This document shows positions 52,434 through 63,666 of a DNA stretch of 64,000 bases, piece after piece. Every line of letters starts with the position of its first letter. The first letter of the stretch is position 1. Source of the stretch: Spirochaetota bacterium (GTDB lineage Bacteria; Spirochaetota; UBA6919; CBDBPB01); NCBI GenBank assembly GCA_965208615.1, contig CBDBPB010000006.1, positions 1-64,000 on the forward strand, given 5' to 3'. The position numbers and the translations under genes were made by a program. The notes under the pieces are model-generated. The model was given only the letters and a program-made list of their open reading frames with translations. It was not told the origin of the DNA and did not search any database.

Positions 52434-53288
52434 TTGGAAGAAGTTAACAAAGTAAAAGTTGATAATAATAGTTCAGATAAGGGTTTAGATAAAAGCTTAG
52501 AAAGGCGAAAGTTTATTTTTAGATCGGTTAAGATGAGTGGTTTAGCCGTACTCGGGGGATTAATATGGGGCGGATACTTAAACGAAGCTAAAAGTTCCCC
52601 ACTTATTATAAGACCTCCGGGAGCTATTCCAGAAAGAGACTTTTTATCTGCCTGTATACGTTGTGGTTTATGTGTTGATGCCTGCAAAGACAAGGTTGGT
52701 TTAAATTATCCTCTTAGGTTGGCTAAGTTGGGAGATCAAAAACCTATTGGTACTCCATACTTTATACCTAGGGATAAACCTTGCATAATGTGTACGGATA
52801 TACCATGTGTACCTATTTGTCCTACTGAGGCTTTGGATGATTCTATGGTTACGTCAAAGTCTGGCGAGTTAGATATAAACATGAGTAGAATGGGGTTAGC
52901 TATGGTTGATAGAGATTCCTGCATAGCTTTTTGGGGTATACAGTGTGATGTTTGTTATAGGGTCTGCCCTTTGATTGATAAGGCTATTACTTTGGACTAC
53001 GCTCGTAATAAGCGTACTGGAAAGCATGCTTTTTTGATACCTGTAGTTAATAGTGACTATTGTACTGGATGTGGTATATGTGAGGAGAGATGTGTTACTG
53101 AAAAGGCTGCTATTTTTATTCTTCCAAGGGAGTTAGCCATGGGTAAGGTTGGTTCTCATTATATAAAAGGCTGGGATAAGGCTGATGAGTTAAGACTTAA
53201 GAATAGGCCTTCTGATTTTACTACTGAGACCCTTAGGAGTAAGAAAAAATCTACTGACTACTTAAACGAGGGGATTGATAATGACTAA
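52434..53288 (+). CDS. napG: Quinol dehydrogenase ferredoxin subunit NapG
   Basis: RRKF Tat-like signal; RPPGA, CIRCGLCVDAC, GTPYF.PR; four Fe-S motifs. Confidence 0.95.
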   Translation: MEEVNKVKVDNNSSDKGLDKSLERRKFIFRSVKMSGLAVLGGLIWGGYLNEAKSSPLIIRPPGAIPERDFLSACIRCGLCVDACKDKVGLNYPLRLAKLGDQKPIGTPYFIPRDKPCIMCTDIPCVPICPTEALDDSMVTSKSGELDINMSRMGLAMVDRDSCIAFWGIQCDVCYRVCPLIDKAITLDYARNKRTGKHAFLIPVVNSDYCTGCGICEERCVTEKAAIFILPRELAMGKVGSHYIKGWDKADELRLKNRPSDFTTETLRSKKKSTDYLNEGIDND

Positions 53289-54147
53289 GTTATGGGATAA
53301 CTATCGTTATCTTATTGCCAGACGTGTTATGCAGATACTTATATTAGTTTTATTTATTGCATCTCACTATATAGGTTTTAAGTTGTTGTCGGGCAATTTA
53401 AGTTCGGCAGTATTATTTGATAGTATACCTCTTAGTGATCCCCTTGCTATTATTCAGGTGATAGCTTCTAGTATATTTAAGGCTAATGATTTAGGTATTA
53501 GTTTTACTCCAGAAGTTATTATTGGGTTATATAGTTCTTTTGATGCTCTTTTGGGAGTATTCATAGTAGTTATTTTTTATGGTATTATTGGTGGTAGGGC
53601 GTTTTGCAGTTGGGTATGCCCTGTTAATATTGTAACTGATACTGCTAAGTGGATAAGGACTAAATATAAAATTGATAATTTTGTTAGACCCAGTGAACTA
53701 AAACGATCATTAAGATATTTTATTTTACTATTGACTGTGATACTATCTATATTATTTGGTATTTCAGCCTTTGAGTTTATAAGTCCTATTTCGTTATTTG
53801 TTAGGTCTATAGTTTTTGGTATGGGCGTTGGATGGGCACTTATACTAATTTTATTTCTTTTTGATCTTTTGGTTTTAAAGAATGGTTTTTGTGGATATAC
53901 ATGTCCTTTGGGAGCTTTTTATTCTATTATAGGCAGGTTTAGCCTTTTTAGAGTAAGGCACAACAAGGATAAGTGTACAAAGTGCTTAGATTGTATTGTT
54001 GTATGTCCTGAAAAGCAGGTATTGCCTATGATTAGCAAGAGTAGTGAGGCAGTGTTATCCGGCGAATGTACTAATTGTTTAAGGTGCATTGAGGTGTGTA
54101 ATGATGATGCCTTATCTTTTGGAACACGATTTTATAACAAGAGTTAG
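53281..54147 (+). CDS. napH: Quinol dehydrogenase membrane subunit NapH
   Basis: GNLSS, SDPL, GRAFCSWVCP, CGYTCPLG; two C-terminal 4Fe-4S motifs. Confidence 0.95.
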   Translation: MTKLWDNYRYLIARRVMQILILVLFIASHYIGFKLLSGNLSSAVLFDSIPLSDPLAIIQVIASSIFKANDLGISFTPEVIIGLYSSFDALLGVFIVVIFYGIIGGRAFCSWVCPVNIVTDTAKWIRTKYKIDNFVRPSELKRSLRYFILLLTVILSILFGISAFEFISPISLFVRSIVFGMGVGWALILILFLFDLLVLKNGFCGYTCPLGAFYSIIGRFSLFRVRHNKDKCTKCLDCIVVCPEKQVLPMISKSSEAVLSGECTNCLRCIEVCNDDALSFGTRFYNKS

Positions 54148-54218
54148 TTATATAAGTAATATTTTTATTTACTGGTTTATTTTGCCAGTTTAAATTAAGT
54201 TTATATGGAGAAAATGTT

Positions 54219-54806
54219 ATGATTAAAAGTAGCAAAATACTTATAATAGTTTTTACGGGGTTTATCCTTTTGTCTATTTCTTGTGAGAAAAAGGCTGCTA
54301 TGAAGGATAAGGCTGAGGCTAAGACTGATAAAGAGTTGGGTATAAGCACCATAAGGTCTGACAGTTTATTTGATGAGTCAGTTAAAACACCTGGCGTTAA
54401 GTATGTTGGAAAGGCTCCTGGAGCTAATAACAAGAAGTTTGCAAGGTCATTTGAGAATGCACCACCTATGATACCTCATAGTGTAGCTGGGCTTTTACCT
54501 ATAAAAAAGAATAATATTTGTTTAAGTTGTCATATGCCTTCTAAAGATGATCCTAATGTAGCCATTACTAAAGGGGCTACTAGGATATCTAGTACTCATA
54601 TTTCTGAGTTAGATGGTAATTTAAAAGGCGAATTAAACAAAGCATATTTTAATTGTTCACAATGCCATGCACCTCAGGCTAATTTGCCTGCTGCTAAGGG
54701 TAGTAAGTTTGCTCCTGTGTTTACATCTGAGGAGACAAAGTCTAAGTCTACATTAAAGATTAAGACAACTCCTTTTGCTAAGTCGTCTAAGGCAAAGGTA
54801 AAATAG
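54219..54806 (+). CDS. napB: Diheme cytochrome c NapB
   Basis: RSFENAPPMIPH; CLSCH and CSQCH heme motifs; HAPQ. Confidence 0.95.
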   Translation: MIKSSKILIIVFTGFILLSISCEKKAAMKDKAEAKTDKELGISTIRSDSLFDESVKTPGVKYVGKAPGANNKKFARSFENAPPMIPHSVAGLLPIKKNNICLSCHMPSKDDPNVAITKGATRISSTHISELDGNLKGELNKAYFNCSQCHAPQANLPAAKGSKFAPVFTSEETKSKSTLKIKTTPFAKSSKAKVK

Positions 54807-54812
54807 TCTATA

Positions 54813-55319
54813 ATGGGTTCCATAAATAGGAGAGAGTTTTTTAAGTCTCTCCTATTACAAAATAAAAAGTCTGATAAAACTAAATCTATTAGACCGCCTT
54901 ATAATAGTGATGAGGGGCTTTTTCATCGTTATTGTGGTGGATGTGAGGGTAAGTGTGTACCTGTGTGCGAGGAGAAGATAATCCACATAAATGAAAAAGA
55001 TAAGGTCCCATATTTAGATTTTAAAAATAGTGGTTGTACTTTTTGTAAGAAGTGCGTTGATGCTTGTGATTTTGCTGTATTAAATATTGATGATATTTAT
55101 GAGAGTGTAAACAAGGTTAATGCACTTCCTGTTATTGATAGGTATGGTTGTTTAGCGTGGAAAAAGATTATTTGCAGTAGTTGTAGGGATATTTGTCCTG
55201 ATGGGGCTATAAAGTTTTGGGCTTTATGGAATCCTAAGGTTCAGGCGGATAAGTGTACGGGTTGTGGATTGTGTATTAGTGTTTGCCCTAAGGAGGCTAT
55301 TTATATTAATGCACTATAG
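54813..55319 (+). CDS. napF: Ferredoxin-type protein NapF
   Basis: NRREFF, IRPPY; four Cys clusters. Confidence 0.88.
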   Translation: MGSINRREFFKSLLLQNKKSDKTKSIRPPYNSDEGLFHRYCGGCEGKCVPVCEEKIIHINEKDKVPYLDFKNSGCTFCKKCVDACDFAVLNIDDIYESVNKVNALPVIDRYGCLAWKKIICSSCRDICPDGAIKFWALWNPKVQADKCTGCGLCISVCPKEAIYINAL

Positions 55320-55326
55320 AGGGTTT

Positions 55327-56370
55327 GTGAGATTAACATTAGGTATTATATTATTTATTATAGTTATAGGTTGTGTTAAGAAGGTTCAGTCGGACAAGGT
55401 TGTTAGTGATAAAGTTCATAAAAGTTCTTTGATAGTAAACAAGCTTTTTTATGATGAGAAAAAGGCAGTTTTAATAAAGCCTTATAAAGTGATTAACACT
55501 AGTGGTGGGGTTTTGGATTTTGTCTATAGGGATGGGCTTGTTTATGTAGCCACATCTTTTGGCACTGTTGAGATATATAATCTTAACTCTAGAAAAAGGC
55601 TTAAAAATATAAAGTTAGCGTATATAAATACTTTTGATGGAGATAAGACTGCTCCAAAGGTATTTTCTGTTGATTTATCTCCTGATAAAAAGAAAATTGT
55701 TATTATTAGTCAGGATGAGCTTGGTACTGAGCTATTTATTGAGGATAATGGTAAGTTAATAAAGTTAATTTCGTCAAAGAAAAGGCTTACTATGACTGAG
55801 GCAAGGTTTATTAGTAATAATATGGTATTAATAGGTTTATTGAGCAGTCATATTATTCTTTACGACATAGACGCTAAAAAGGTTGTTTATAAGAAGCAAA
55901 TTGATAGCTCCTCTTTTTCGGATATGGCTTTGAATGAGCTTAAGACTAAGGTTGCCATAACTAATGAATCTGGTAAGATTATTATTGTTGATCCCAATAA
56001 TGGATTAGTCTTAAAGGTTTTAGAAGGAGGGAATGTTGATAAGATTTATCAGCTTGATTATAGGGCTAAACATATTTTAGCAGGGGGTCAGGATAGGCGG
56101 CTTATACTCTATAACGAATATGATAATAAAATAAGGCGTTATGACAGTAATTTTTTGGTATATACGGTGGGTTTAAGCCCTTCTGTGGGGTTATTAGGTT
56201 TTTCGGTTAACGAGGATAGTGATATTGCTATTATAAGTCTTAATTCTGATAAGACTTATATATTAAAGGGACATAGTGCTAATTTAAATCGTATTTATTT
56301 TATTGATGATAAAACTATTCTCAGTGGGAGCGATGATAATAAAGTTATAATATGGAGGTTAAAAAAGTGA
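55327..56370 (+). CDS. napL: WD40/beta-propeller protein NapL
   Basis: WD40-like repeats (LKGHS...ILSGSDDNKVIIW); position between napF and napD; probable GTG start at 55327. Confidence 0.8.
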   Translation: MRLTLGIILFIIVIGCVKKVQSDKVVSDKVHKSSLIVNKLFYDEKKAVLIKPYKVINTSGGVLDFVYRDGLVYVATSFGTVEIYNLNSRKRLKNIKLAYINTFDGDKTAPKVFSVDLSPDKKKIVIISQDELGTELFIEDNGKLIKLISSKKRLTMTEARFISNNMVLIGLLSSHIILYDIDAKKVVYKKQIDSSSFSDMALNELKTKVAITNESGKIIIVDPNNGLVLKVLEGGNVDKIYQLDYRAKHILAGGQDRRLILYNEYDNKIRRYDSNFLVYTVGLSPSVGLLGFSVNEDSDIAIISLNSDKTYILKGHSANLNRIYFIDDKTILSGSDDNKVIIWRLKK

Positions 56371-56714
56371 ATATATCTAGCGTTGTTATTAGGACAAAGG
56401 CTGAAAATAAAGATAAGCTTATTGACATATTGAATGCCAGTGATATTTGTGAAGTGCACTACCATGATGATATGGGGCAGATTGTGGTTATTATAGAGGG
56501 TAAGGATGTATCAGAGGAGCTATCCAAGTTACGCAAGCTTGAGAAGATGGACTATGTTATGTCTGCTAATTTATTTTACACATATACCGAAGAGGAGCTT
56601 GCTAACATTATGGATGACTTTAAAAAGGCTGAGGATATACAAAAAGTATTAAACAGTGATTTACCGGCTGAGGCTATTAAGTATTCTGGTGATGTGAATA
56701 ATATGATGAGTTAA
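56367..56714 (+). CDS. napD: NapA signal-peptide chaperone NapD
   Basis: MNISSVVI, GQIVVIIEG; GGAGG RBS and GTGA overlap with the napL stop. Confidence 0.9.
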   Translation: MNISSVVIRTKAENKDKLIDILNASDICEVHYHDDMGQIVVIIEGKDVSEELSKLRKLEKMDYVMSANLFYTYTEEELANIMDDFKKAEDIQKVLNSDLPAEAIKYSGDVNNMMS

Positions 56715-56738
56715 TCATTATTTAAGCCAATTGGTATA

Positions 56739-58766
56739 TTATGTTTTTTCTTGAGTCTTTTTTGTAATAAGCAAGTTAGACATTTTGTTTATAGCAATGC
56801 CGATAGCAATTCCTATGCCAATAAGTAGTAGTAATAAAATAGTTAACGGGATTTGTATACGCTCTGTAAGCCTTTTAATAAAAGGTTCAAACTTTTTGCT
56901 AATAAAAATAAGTATTAATAATAAGGTAGTTGCTGTTATTTTTACCCATAGACTTGGCCAAAAGAAAAACAATAATAATATAGCTAAAATTATTCTTTCA
57001 AGAGCATAGATTCTTTTAAAGAGATAGCCTGTCATTATAGACGCATATACATATAAGCCAATGATACCAAAGATAAATATAGTTAGTTTATCATATAAGC
57101 CACCATCTATTAGTTGGGTATATGCGAATAGAAAAGGAATTATATAAAGACCTTTTGCTAGTTTCCATGCGGTAAAGCCAGTTAGCATAGGTTTTGATCC
57201 GGCTATACCTGCGGCAGCAAAAGCCGCTAAGGACACAGGAGGGGTTACATTAGAATCTTGTGATATCCAAAAAATAATCATATGTGCGGCTAATAATGAT
57301 ACCCCCATTATTGTAAGTGCTGGTGCCGCTAATACTGCCAGCATAATATAAGCGGCGGTTACTGGCAGTCCCATACCTAATAATAATGATGCAATGGTAA
57401 TAAATATAATGGTTAAAACAAGTATACCATCGGATAAGTCTAAAATAGCCTGAGAAAAGACTATTGATATACCAGTCATTGCAATGCTACCAATAATTAT
57501 GCCTACTCCTACTAAAAGGACACCCGTCATTATCATATTTTTTGACCCTAAGGCTAAAGAGTCTAAAATATCTTTTATTTTCATTTTATGGTTTTTGCTT
57601 AAATATGAGCTTAGTATTATAGCTATAATAGAGAAACCAGCAGAATAGGTGGGAGTGAATCCAATTATAAGCATTACTACTAATAGAATTATTGGGATAA
57701 AAAAGTGTATACCTTCTCTCAAGATAGACCAAATATCAATTTTTTCTTCTGTATCAATAGTTTTAATGCCTTTTAGTTTAGCCTCTTGATAAACAAAAAA
57801 GGCAACAGAGCTAAAATACATAACTGCGGGTAAGAAGGCAACACCTATAATAGTTATATAAGGCAATCCTGTCCATTGAGCCATTATAAACGCCCCAGCT
57901 CCCATTACTGGGGGCATTAATTGTCCACCTACAGAAGAGGCAGTCTCAATACCTGCTGAGAACTTAGGCTCAAAGCCTGCTTTTTTCATCATTGGGATAG
58001 TTATAGAGCCAGTTGACACTGTATTAGCAATCGCACTACCAGAGATAGTTCCCATTAGACCAGAGGCAACAACTGCTACTAATCCAGGACCACCGGTAAT
58101 ATTTTTAGTTAGGGCTTTAGCAATACTAACAATAAAATCACCACCACCAGACTTTAATAAAAATGCGGCAAAGAGTATAAACATAAACACAAAAGTGGAT
58201 GATATACTAGCAGTCAATCCAAAAAGGCCTTCATCGGTAAAATACATTCTGTATAGTATTCTAGAGAGTTTTGCTCCTCTAAAATGGAATATTCCTTCAA
58301 GATAGTTTCCCCACCACAACACATAAGTTAATACTAGTATTATTAAAATGGGTATTACAAGTCCAGAAGTTCGCCTGTTTATTTCAAGTACCATAATAAT
58401 GGCGATACTGGCAAATATCAGATCGTATATTATGACTACTTCATTCCTTGTATGCAGGGCATCTTCGAATAGTATTAGATAAATGCTTGTTGATAGTATG
58501 ACAATGGCAAGGAGTATATCTATAGTGATTAGCCATTTGTTATTAGTTTTTTTTGATAGGGGGTATAGTAAAAAGCCTAATGCACCTAAAAGTCCAAGAT
58601 GGAGGCTGTTTCTCCATAAATCAGAGATAACCCCAAGACTGTTAACCCAAATATGGAATAAAGCGATTAACACAGCAAATATATATATAACCATGTTTAA
58701 AGCCCTTGAGTTATTATAGCTATTAAGCCCATTTGGAATCTCTATACTTTTTTTTGTGTATACCAC
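56739..58766 (-). CDS. TRAP transporter fused 4TM/12TM permease (TAXI-type)
   Basis: GTISGSAIAN, TIPMMK, SVGGQLMPPVMGAGAFIMA, LGMGLPVTAAY, TPPVSLAAFAAA. Confidence 0.93.
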   Translation of the reverse strand: MVYTKKSIEIPNGLNSYNNSRALNMVIYIFAVLIALFHIWVNSLGVISDLWRNSLHLGLLGALGFLLYPLSKKTNNKWLITIDILLAIVILSTSIYLILFEDALHTRNEVVIIYDLIFASIAIIMVLEINRRTSGLVIPILIILVLTYVLWWGNYLEGIFHFRGAKLSRILYRMYFTDEGLFGLTASISSTFVFMFILFAAFLLKSGGGDFIVSIAKALTKNITGGPGLVAVVASGLMGTISGSAIANTVSTGSITIPMMKKAGFEPKFSAGIETASSVGGQLMPPVMGAGAFIMAQWTGLPYITIIGVAFLPAVMYFSSVAFFVYQEAKLKGIKTIDTEEKIDIWSILREGIHFFIPIILLVVMLIIGFTPTYSAGFSIIAIILSSYLSKNHKMKIKDILDSLALGSKNMIMTGVLLVGVGIIIGSIAMTGISIVFSQAILDLSDGILVLTIIFITIASLLLGMGLPVTAAYIMLAVLAAPALTIMGVSLLAAHMIIFWISQDSNVTPPVSLAAFAAAGIAGSKPMLTGFTAWKLAKGLYIIPFLFAYTQLIDGGLYDKLTIFIFGIIGLYVYASIMTGYLFKRIYALERIILAILLLFFFWPSLWVKITATTLLLILIFISKKFEPFIKRLTERIQIPLTILLLLLIGIGIAIGIAINKMSNLLITKKTQEKT

Positions 58767-58795
58767 AGCTACCCCCTATCTTATAGCTATATTAA

Positions 58796-59839
58796 TTATT
58801 TTAGGATTAGGTGTTTTGGAATAGTTATACCTTTTTCTTTATAGAACTTAATAGCTCCAGAGTGTAGTGGAACAGACAAACCAGCAATAGCTTTCTCTAG
58901 TTTCATGGATAGAGTAGCTTTATGTATTCCTTGTAGGAATGGTAGGTTTTCATATATAGTTTTTGTAATTTTATAAACTACGTCTTCGCTGATTGATGGG
59001 CGTACTGCTAAGAAATTAGGCTGAGCAATAGTAGTAATTTCTTCTTTTTGTCCTGTATAGGTATTAGGAGGGATTACATATTTACTCCATACAGGATATT
59101 TACTATTAGTTTTTTTAATTTGTTCTTCAGTAAAATTTAGTACTTTAATTTTATCATTTCCGAGAGTGGCAAAGGATTCTATAATAGCTGATACTGGTAC
59201 ACCAGCGGGGGTATTCATAGCTACAATGCGTTTATCTCTTAGGGCAGAGGCAGAGCTTGAGTATCCTAGATGTTCTAGTGTAAAATCTTTATCTAGGTTA
59301 AACCCTAGTTCTTTAAGTATTGTACGCCCTGAGACTTCAGTACCTGATCCTCTTTTACCTATGGAAAATCTTTTACCTTTTGCATTGTTGAGGTCATTAA
59401 TATTACCAGTTGTAACAAGGTCTTTTGCAAGGGTAAAGTGTTCAACATTTTCCCATAGCATTGTAACTGCTCGTAAAGACCTTTCTGGCTTACCTTTATA
59501 TTTACCACTACCCTGCCATGCCATAGCTCCAAATAGTGCTTGCAAGATAGCAAAGTCTGCTTCTTTATTTTTAAGGAGCTGGATGTTTTCACCAGAGCCA
59601 GCTGAATTCATAGCATTCATAGTAATCTTATGTTTTTTAGCTAATTTTATACTTACAAGAGTTGAAATACCAACACCTACTGGATAGAATGTTCCACCAG
59701 TAGAGGCCGTTGCTATAACTAAAGATTCAGTTGCCTTTTTAGAGGCTTTTTTGGCTTTACTTTTTTCTCCACAGGTTACAAAAGTAAAAACCATAGTAAG
59801 TAAAAGTGTAAATATTTTTGAAAAGTTGGACAGTTTCAT
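58796..59839 (-). CDS. TAXI-family TRAP solute-binding protein (lipoprotein-like)
   Basis: ATASTGGTFYPVG, SAGSGEN, SIG..GSGT, PLHSGA.KFYKE; FVT-C signal. Confidence 0.92.
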   Translation of the reverse strand: MKLSNFSKIFTLLLTMVFTFVTCGEKSKAKKASKKATESLVIATASTGGTFYPVGVGISTLVSIKLAKKHKITMNAMNSAGSGENIQLLKNKEADFAILQALFGAMAWQGSGKYKGKPERSLRAVTMLWENVEHFTLAKDLVTTGNINDLNNAKGKRFSIGKRGSGTEVSGRTILKELGFNLDKDFTLEHLGYSSSASALRDKRIVAMNTPAGVPVSAIIESFATLGNDKIKVLNFTEEQIKKTNSKYPVWSKYVIPPNTYTGQKEEITTIAQPNFLAVRPSISEDVVYKITKTIYENLPFLQGIHKATLSMKLEKAIAGLSVPLHSGAIKFYKEKGITIPKHLILK

Positions 59840-60421
59840 GGTTATCTCCATTTAATAAATTAAAGATATTTATTCATATAAAGTAACAGCTAAAATTTAT
59901 ATCTAGTAATAGTACAACTATTATATTAGATTGGCAATAATTAGAAGTTTATTTTGTGTAAAAATTAATTTGCTAACCTATAATTAGTTACATGGCAATT
60001 TAAAGGTATTTTTTATATTATTTAATGAGAGGGATAATCATAATTTTAATATTGCTATAATTGTTAATCAATTTTTTTTATCATATTATTAGCTATTATT
60101 CTAATATACTATCTATACACAAAAGTTATATTGGATATGAGAAAGTTAAAACCTGACAATTCCTTTGTGAAGCTGAATCATTAACTTATATTAAGGGAGA
60201 TAATTCATTATATTTAAACCGCTTTAGTGGATTACAGCATAATAAGGCTTTAAGTTAAACACCATAAGTTTTTACTATATTATTAAAAGCTATACTAACA
60301 AATTGATTTACATTTTTTATTTTTGTTATTATATATAATCATGTATTTATCTCATATTTAAGTATAATATTGTATTAAAAAGCAAGTTAGAGCTTGATTC
60401 ATTGTAAATAGGAGTGTTTTT

Positions 60422-63037
60422 GTGTTAAAAAAGCTTGGAAAGGCACTTTTTGGTAGTCAGCATGAAAGATTAGTAAAAAGCCTAAAACCTACTGTTGATA
60501 GGATTAGTGAGTTGGAAAGCGAGTTAAAAAAGCTATCCGATGAAAAATTAAGAAACAAAACTGTTGAGTTTAAACATAGGCTTTCTGATGGCCATAAGCT
60601 CGATGATATACTTATAGAGGCATTTGCTTGTGTTAGAGAGGCATCGGTTAGAACTATAGGACTACGACATTTTGATGTTCAGCTTATGGGGGGATGTGTA
60701 CTACACAAGGGTAGGATAGCTGAAATGAAAACTGGTGAAGGTAAAACTTTAGCCGCTACTCTGCCTGTATATTTGAATGCCTTATCTGAAAAGGGTGTCC
60801 ATGTTATAACTGTTAATGATTACTTAGCAAAACGTGATGCTGAGTGGATGGGGCCTATATATGAACTTTTGGGATTAAGTGTTGGTATTATACAACATGA
60901 TATGTCTAGTAAAGATAGACGAGATTCTTATGGTTGTGATATAACTTATGGCACTAACAATGAGTTTGGTTTTGACTATCTTAGGGATAATATGGTGGAA
61001 AGCAAATCATTAAAAGTACAACGGAATCATAATTATGCCATTGTAGATGAGGTGGACTCCATTTTAATAGATGAGGCTAGAACTCCTCTTATTATATCTG
61101 GTGCGGCTGAGGACTCTACTGACCTTTATCATCAGATTGACAAAATCATACCAAGGCTAAGACCTGCTAGTAAGGGTGAGGATGGTAAGTGGATTGAGAA
61201 TACTGGTGACTATCAGTATGAAGAAAAAGATCGTAATGTTGTGTTAGCAGAAGAGGGTGTAGCTAAGGTTGAGAAGCTTTTGAAGGTCGATAATTTATAT
61301 GCTCCGGATAATATTGATTTAATACACCATGTTAACCAGGCATTAAAGGCTCACGTTGTTTTTCATAAGGATGTTGACTATATACTGGAGGATGGTACAG
61401 TAATAATAATTGACGAGCATACTGGTAGAAAGATGCACGGAAGGCGATATAGTGATGGACTACACCAGGCATTAGAGGCTAAAGAAAGGGTTAATGTTGA
61501 ACAGGAGACTCAAACTTTAGCATCTATTACTTTTCAGAACTATTTTAGGATGTATAATAAACTATCTGGTATGACTGGTACTGCGGAGACTGAGGCTGAG
61601 GAGTTTCATAAAATATATAATCTTGGGGTATCGGTTATACCTACTAACGTACCTATGATTAGGGCTGATAATGCTGATCGTATTTATCGCACAGAAAAGG
61701 AGAAGTTTAATGCTATTGTTAATGAGGTTGAGGACTTGCATAGGAAGGGTCAGCCTATTTTAATTGGTACTATATCTATAGAGAAAAGTGAAAAGCTATC
61801 CAAGTTTTTAAAGAGGAGGGGTATTCAGCATAGTATACTTAATGCAAAGTTCCACGAGATGGAGGCAACAATAGTTACTAATGCTGGACAAAGGGGTGCG
61901 GTAACAATAGCTACTAACATGGCTGGTCGTGGTACTGATATTAAATTAGGTGAGGGTGTAAAAGAGGTTGGTGGTTTACATATATTGGGTACTGAGAGGC
62001 ACGAGTCAAGGCGTATTGATAATCAGCTTAGGGGACGTTCTGGTAGGCAGGGTGATCCTGGGTCATCTCGGTTTTATTTATGCTTAGAGGATGATCTTAT
62101 GCGTTTATTTGCATCGGATAGGGTTGGTAATCTTATGAAGCGTATGGGTATGGAAGAGGGGCAGGAGATAGAACATCCATGGATAACTAAGGCTATTGCC
62201 AATGCTCAAAAGAAGGTTGAGGGTAGGAACTTTGAAGTTAGAAAGCATTTGTTAGAGTATGATGATGTTATGAACCGTCAAAGGCAATATATTTATGATT
62301 TTAGGAATAGAGTTTTATATAAGGATGGTTTAAAAGATGACATTGACAGGATGATGAAAAGTACTATTGATTTTTATATTGATGAGAGGTTGGAGTTATC
62401 TGGTGAGAAGAGTTTAGCTGAGTCTCAGATTGCTGAGGTATTTGAGTGGTTAGAGGGGCGTTTTGGTATAGATATTAATGCTAAAAAGGATGCTAAGGTT
62501 TTAACTGATCCAAATATTTTGTCTGATTATCTTTTGGATATAATGCGAAATATGTATAAGGTTCGTGAAGAGGAGTTTGGTAGTGATATAATACGTAATC
62601 TTGAGCAGTATATTTTATTAAATACCATTGACTCTAAGTGGAAAGATCACTTATATAACATGGACGTTATGAAAGAGGGTATACATTTACGGGCCTATGC
62701 TGAACGAAATCCTCTTACCGAGTATAAGTTAGAGGGTTCTACGTTATTTGATAATATGAAGGCTCTTATAGTGGCTGAGGCTATAGAGTTATTATTTAGG
62801 GTACAGATAACCACTCATGAGGTATTTGATGAGCCAGAAGAAGAGGAAGTTAGTTTTGGAGATGAGGTACATGAAGAAGTTGGACATTTTGCATCTGTTG
62901 ACGTAACGGGTAGTACAACTAGAAAGCCTGCAAAGGGGAAGAGAAAGTCTGGATCTATTAAGGCTGTTAAAACTGGTAGGAATGCCCCATGTCCTTGTGG
63001 TAGTGGTAAAAAGTATAAGACCTGTTGTGCTAGGTAA
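60422..63037 (+). CDS. secA: Preprotein translocase ATPase SecA
   Basis: [39 protein letters not shown]; C-terminal [17 protein letters not shown]. Confidence 0.98.
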   Translation: MLKKLGKALFGSQHERLVKSLKPTVDRISELESELKKLSDEKLRNKTVEFKHRLSDGHKLDDILIEAFACVREASVRTIGLRHFDVQLMGGCVLHKGRIAEMKTGEGKTLAATLPVYLNALSEKGVHVITVNDYLAKRDAEWMGPIYELLGLSVGIIQHDMSSKDRRDSYGCDITYGTNNEFGFDYLRDNMVESKSLKVQRNHNYAIVDEVDSILIDEARTPLIISGAAEDSTDLYHQIDKIIPRLRPASKGEDGKWIENTGDYQYEEKDRNVVLAEEGVAKVEKLLKVDNLYAPDNIDLIHHVNQALKAHVVFHKDVDYILEDGTVIIIDEHTGRKMHGRRYSDGLHQALEAKERVNVEQETQTLASITFQNYFRMYNKLSGMTGTAETEAEEFHKIYNLGVSVIPTNVPMIRADNADRIYRTEKEKFNAIVNEVEDLHRKGQPILIGTISIEKSEKLSKFLKRRGIQHSILNAKFHEMEATIVTNAGQRGAVTIATNMAGRGTDIKLGEGVKEVGGLHILGTERHESRRIDNQLRGRSGRQGDPGSSRFYLCLEDDLMRLFASDRVGNLMKRMGMEEGQEIEHPWITKAIANAQKKVEGRNFEVRKHLLEYDDVMNRQRQYIYDFRNRVLYKDGLKDDIDRMMKSTIDFYIDERLELSGEKSLAESQIAEVFEWLEGRFGIDINAKKDAKVLTDPNILSDYLLDIMRNMYKVREEEFGSDIIRNLEQYILLNTIDSKWKDHLYNMDVMKEGIHLRAYAERNPLTEYKLEGSTLFDNMKALIVAEAIELLFRVQITTHEVFDEPEEEEVSFGDEVHEEVGHFASVDVTGSTTRKPAKGKRKSGSIKAVKTGRNAPCPCGSGKKYKTCCAR

Positions 63038-63660
63038 TGACTAAGGTTAATCAGATTTTAGACATACTTAATAGGGCTTATCCTGAGGCTAAGTGTTCGC
63101 TTAGGTTCAATAGTTCCTTAGAGTTACTGATTGCTACTATTTTGTCTGCTCAGTGTACTGATGAGAGGGTAAATAGGGTTACTAATAATTTATTTAAAAA
63201 GTATAAAAGTGTATCTGATTATGCTAATGCTAATTTGGATGAGTTTCAAGAGGATATAAGGTCTACAGGGTTTTATAGGAATAAGGCAAAGAATATTATT
63301 TTAGCTTGTCAGAGGATATTATCTAACTTTGGGGGTGAGGTGCCTAAGAATATGGATGATCTTATATCCTTACCTGGAGTAGCAAGAAAGACAGCTAATG
63401 TTGTATTGGGTAATGCTTTTAGCATGGCTGAGGGTATTGTTGTTGATACTCATGTATCTCGTTTATCAAAGAGGCTGGCTTGGACAAAAGAGACTAATAC
63501 TGATAAGATTGAGCAGAGTTTAATTAAGATTATACCCAAGGATATGTGGATTAACATAAGCCATATACTAATACTCCACGGTAGGGCTATATGCAGGGCA
63601 CGTAAGCCTAAGTGTGAGGAATGTATTTTACAATCGGAATGTCCATCTATTGGTATATAA
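63037..63660 (+). CDS. nth: Endonuclease III
   Basis: LSAQCTD, LPGVARKTANVV, VDTHV, C-x6-C-x2-C-x5-C. Confidence 0.96.
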   Translation: MTKVNQILDILNRAYPEAKCSLRFNSSLELLIATILSAQCTDERVNRVTNNLFKKYKSVSDYANANLDEFQEDIRSTGFYRNKAKNIILACQRILSNFGGEVPKNMDDLISLPGVARKTANVVLGNAFSMAEGIVVDTHVSRLSKRLAWTKETNTDKIEQSLIKIIPKDMWINISHILILHGRAICRARKPKCEECILQSECPSIGI

Positions 63661-63666
63661 CCGACT

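Noticed and set aside
59852-60421. Small gene or riboswitch between the TAXI gene and secA
   Set aside because: Only a 15-codon ORF without a good RBS, and no stable recognisable structure was seen.
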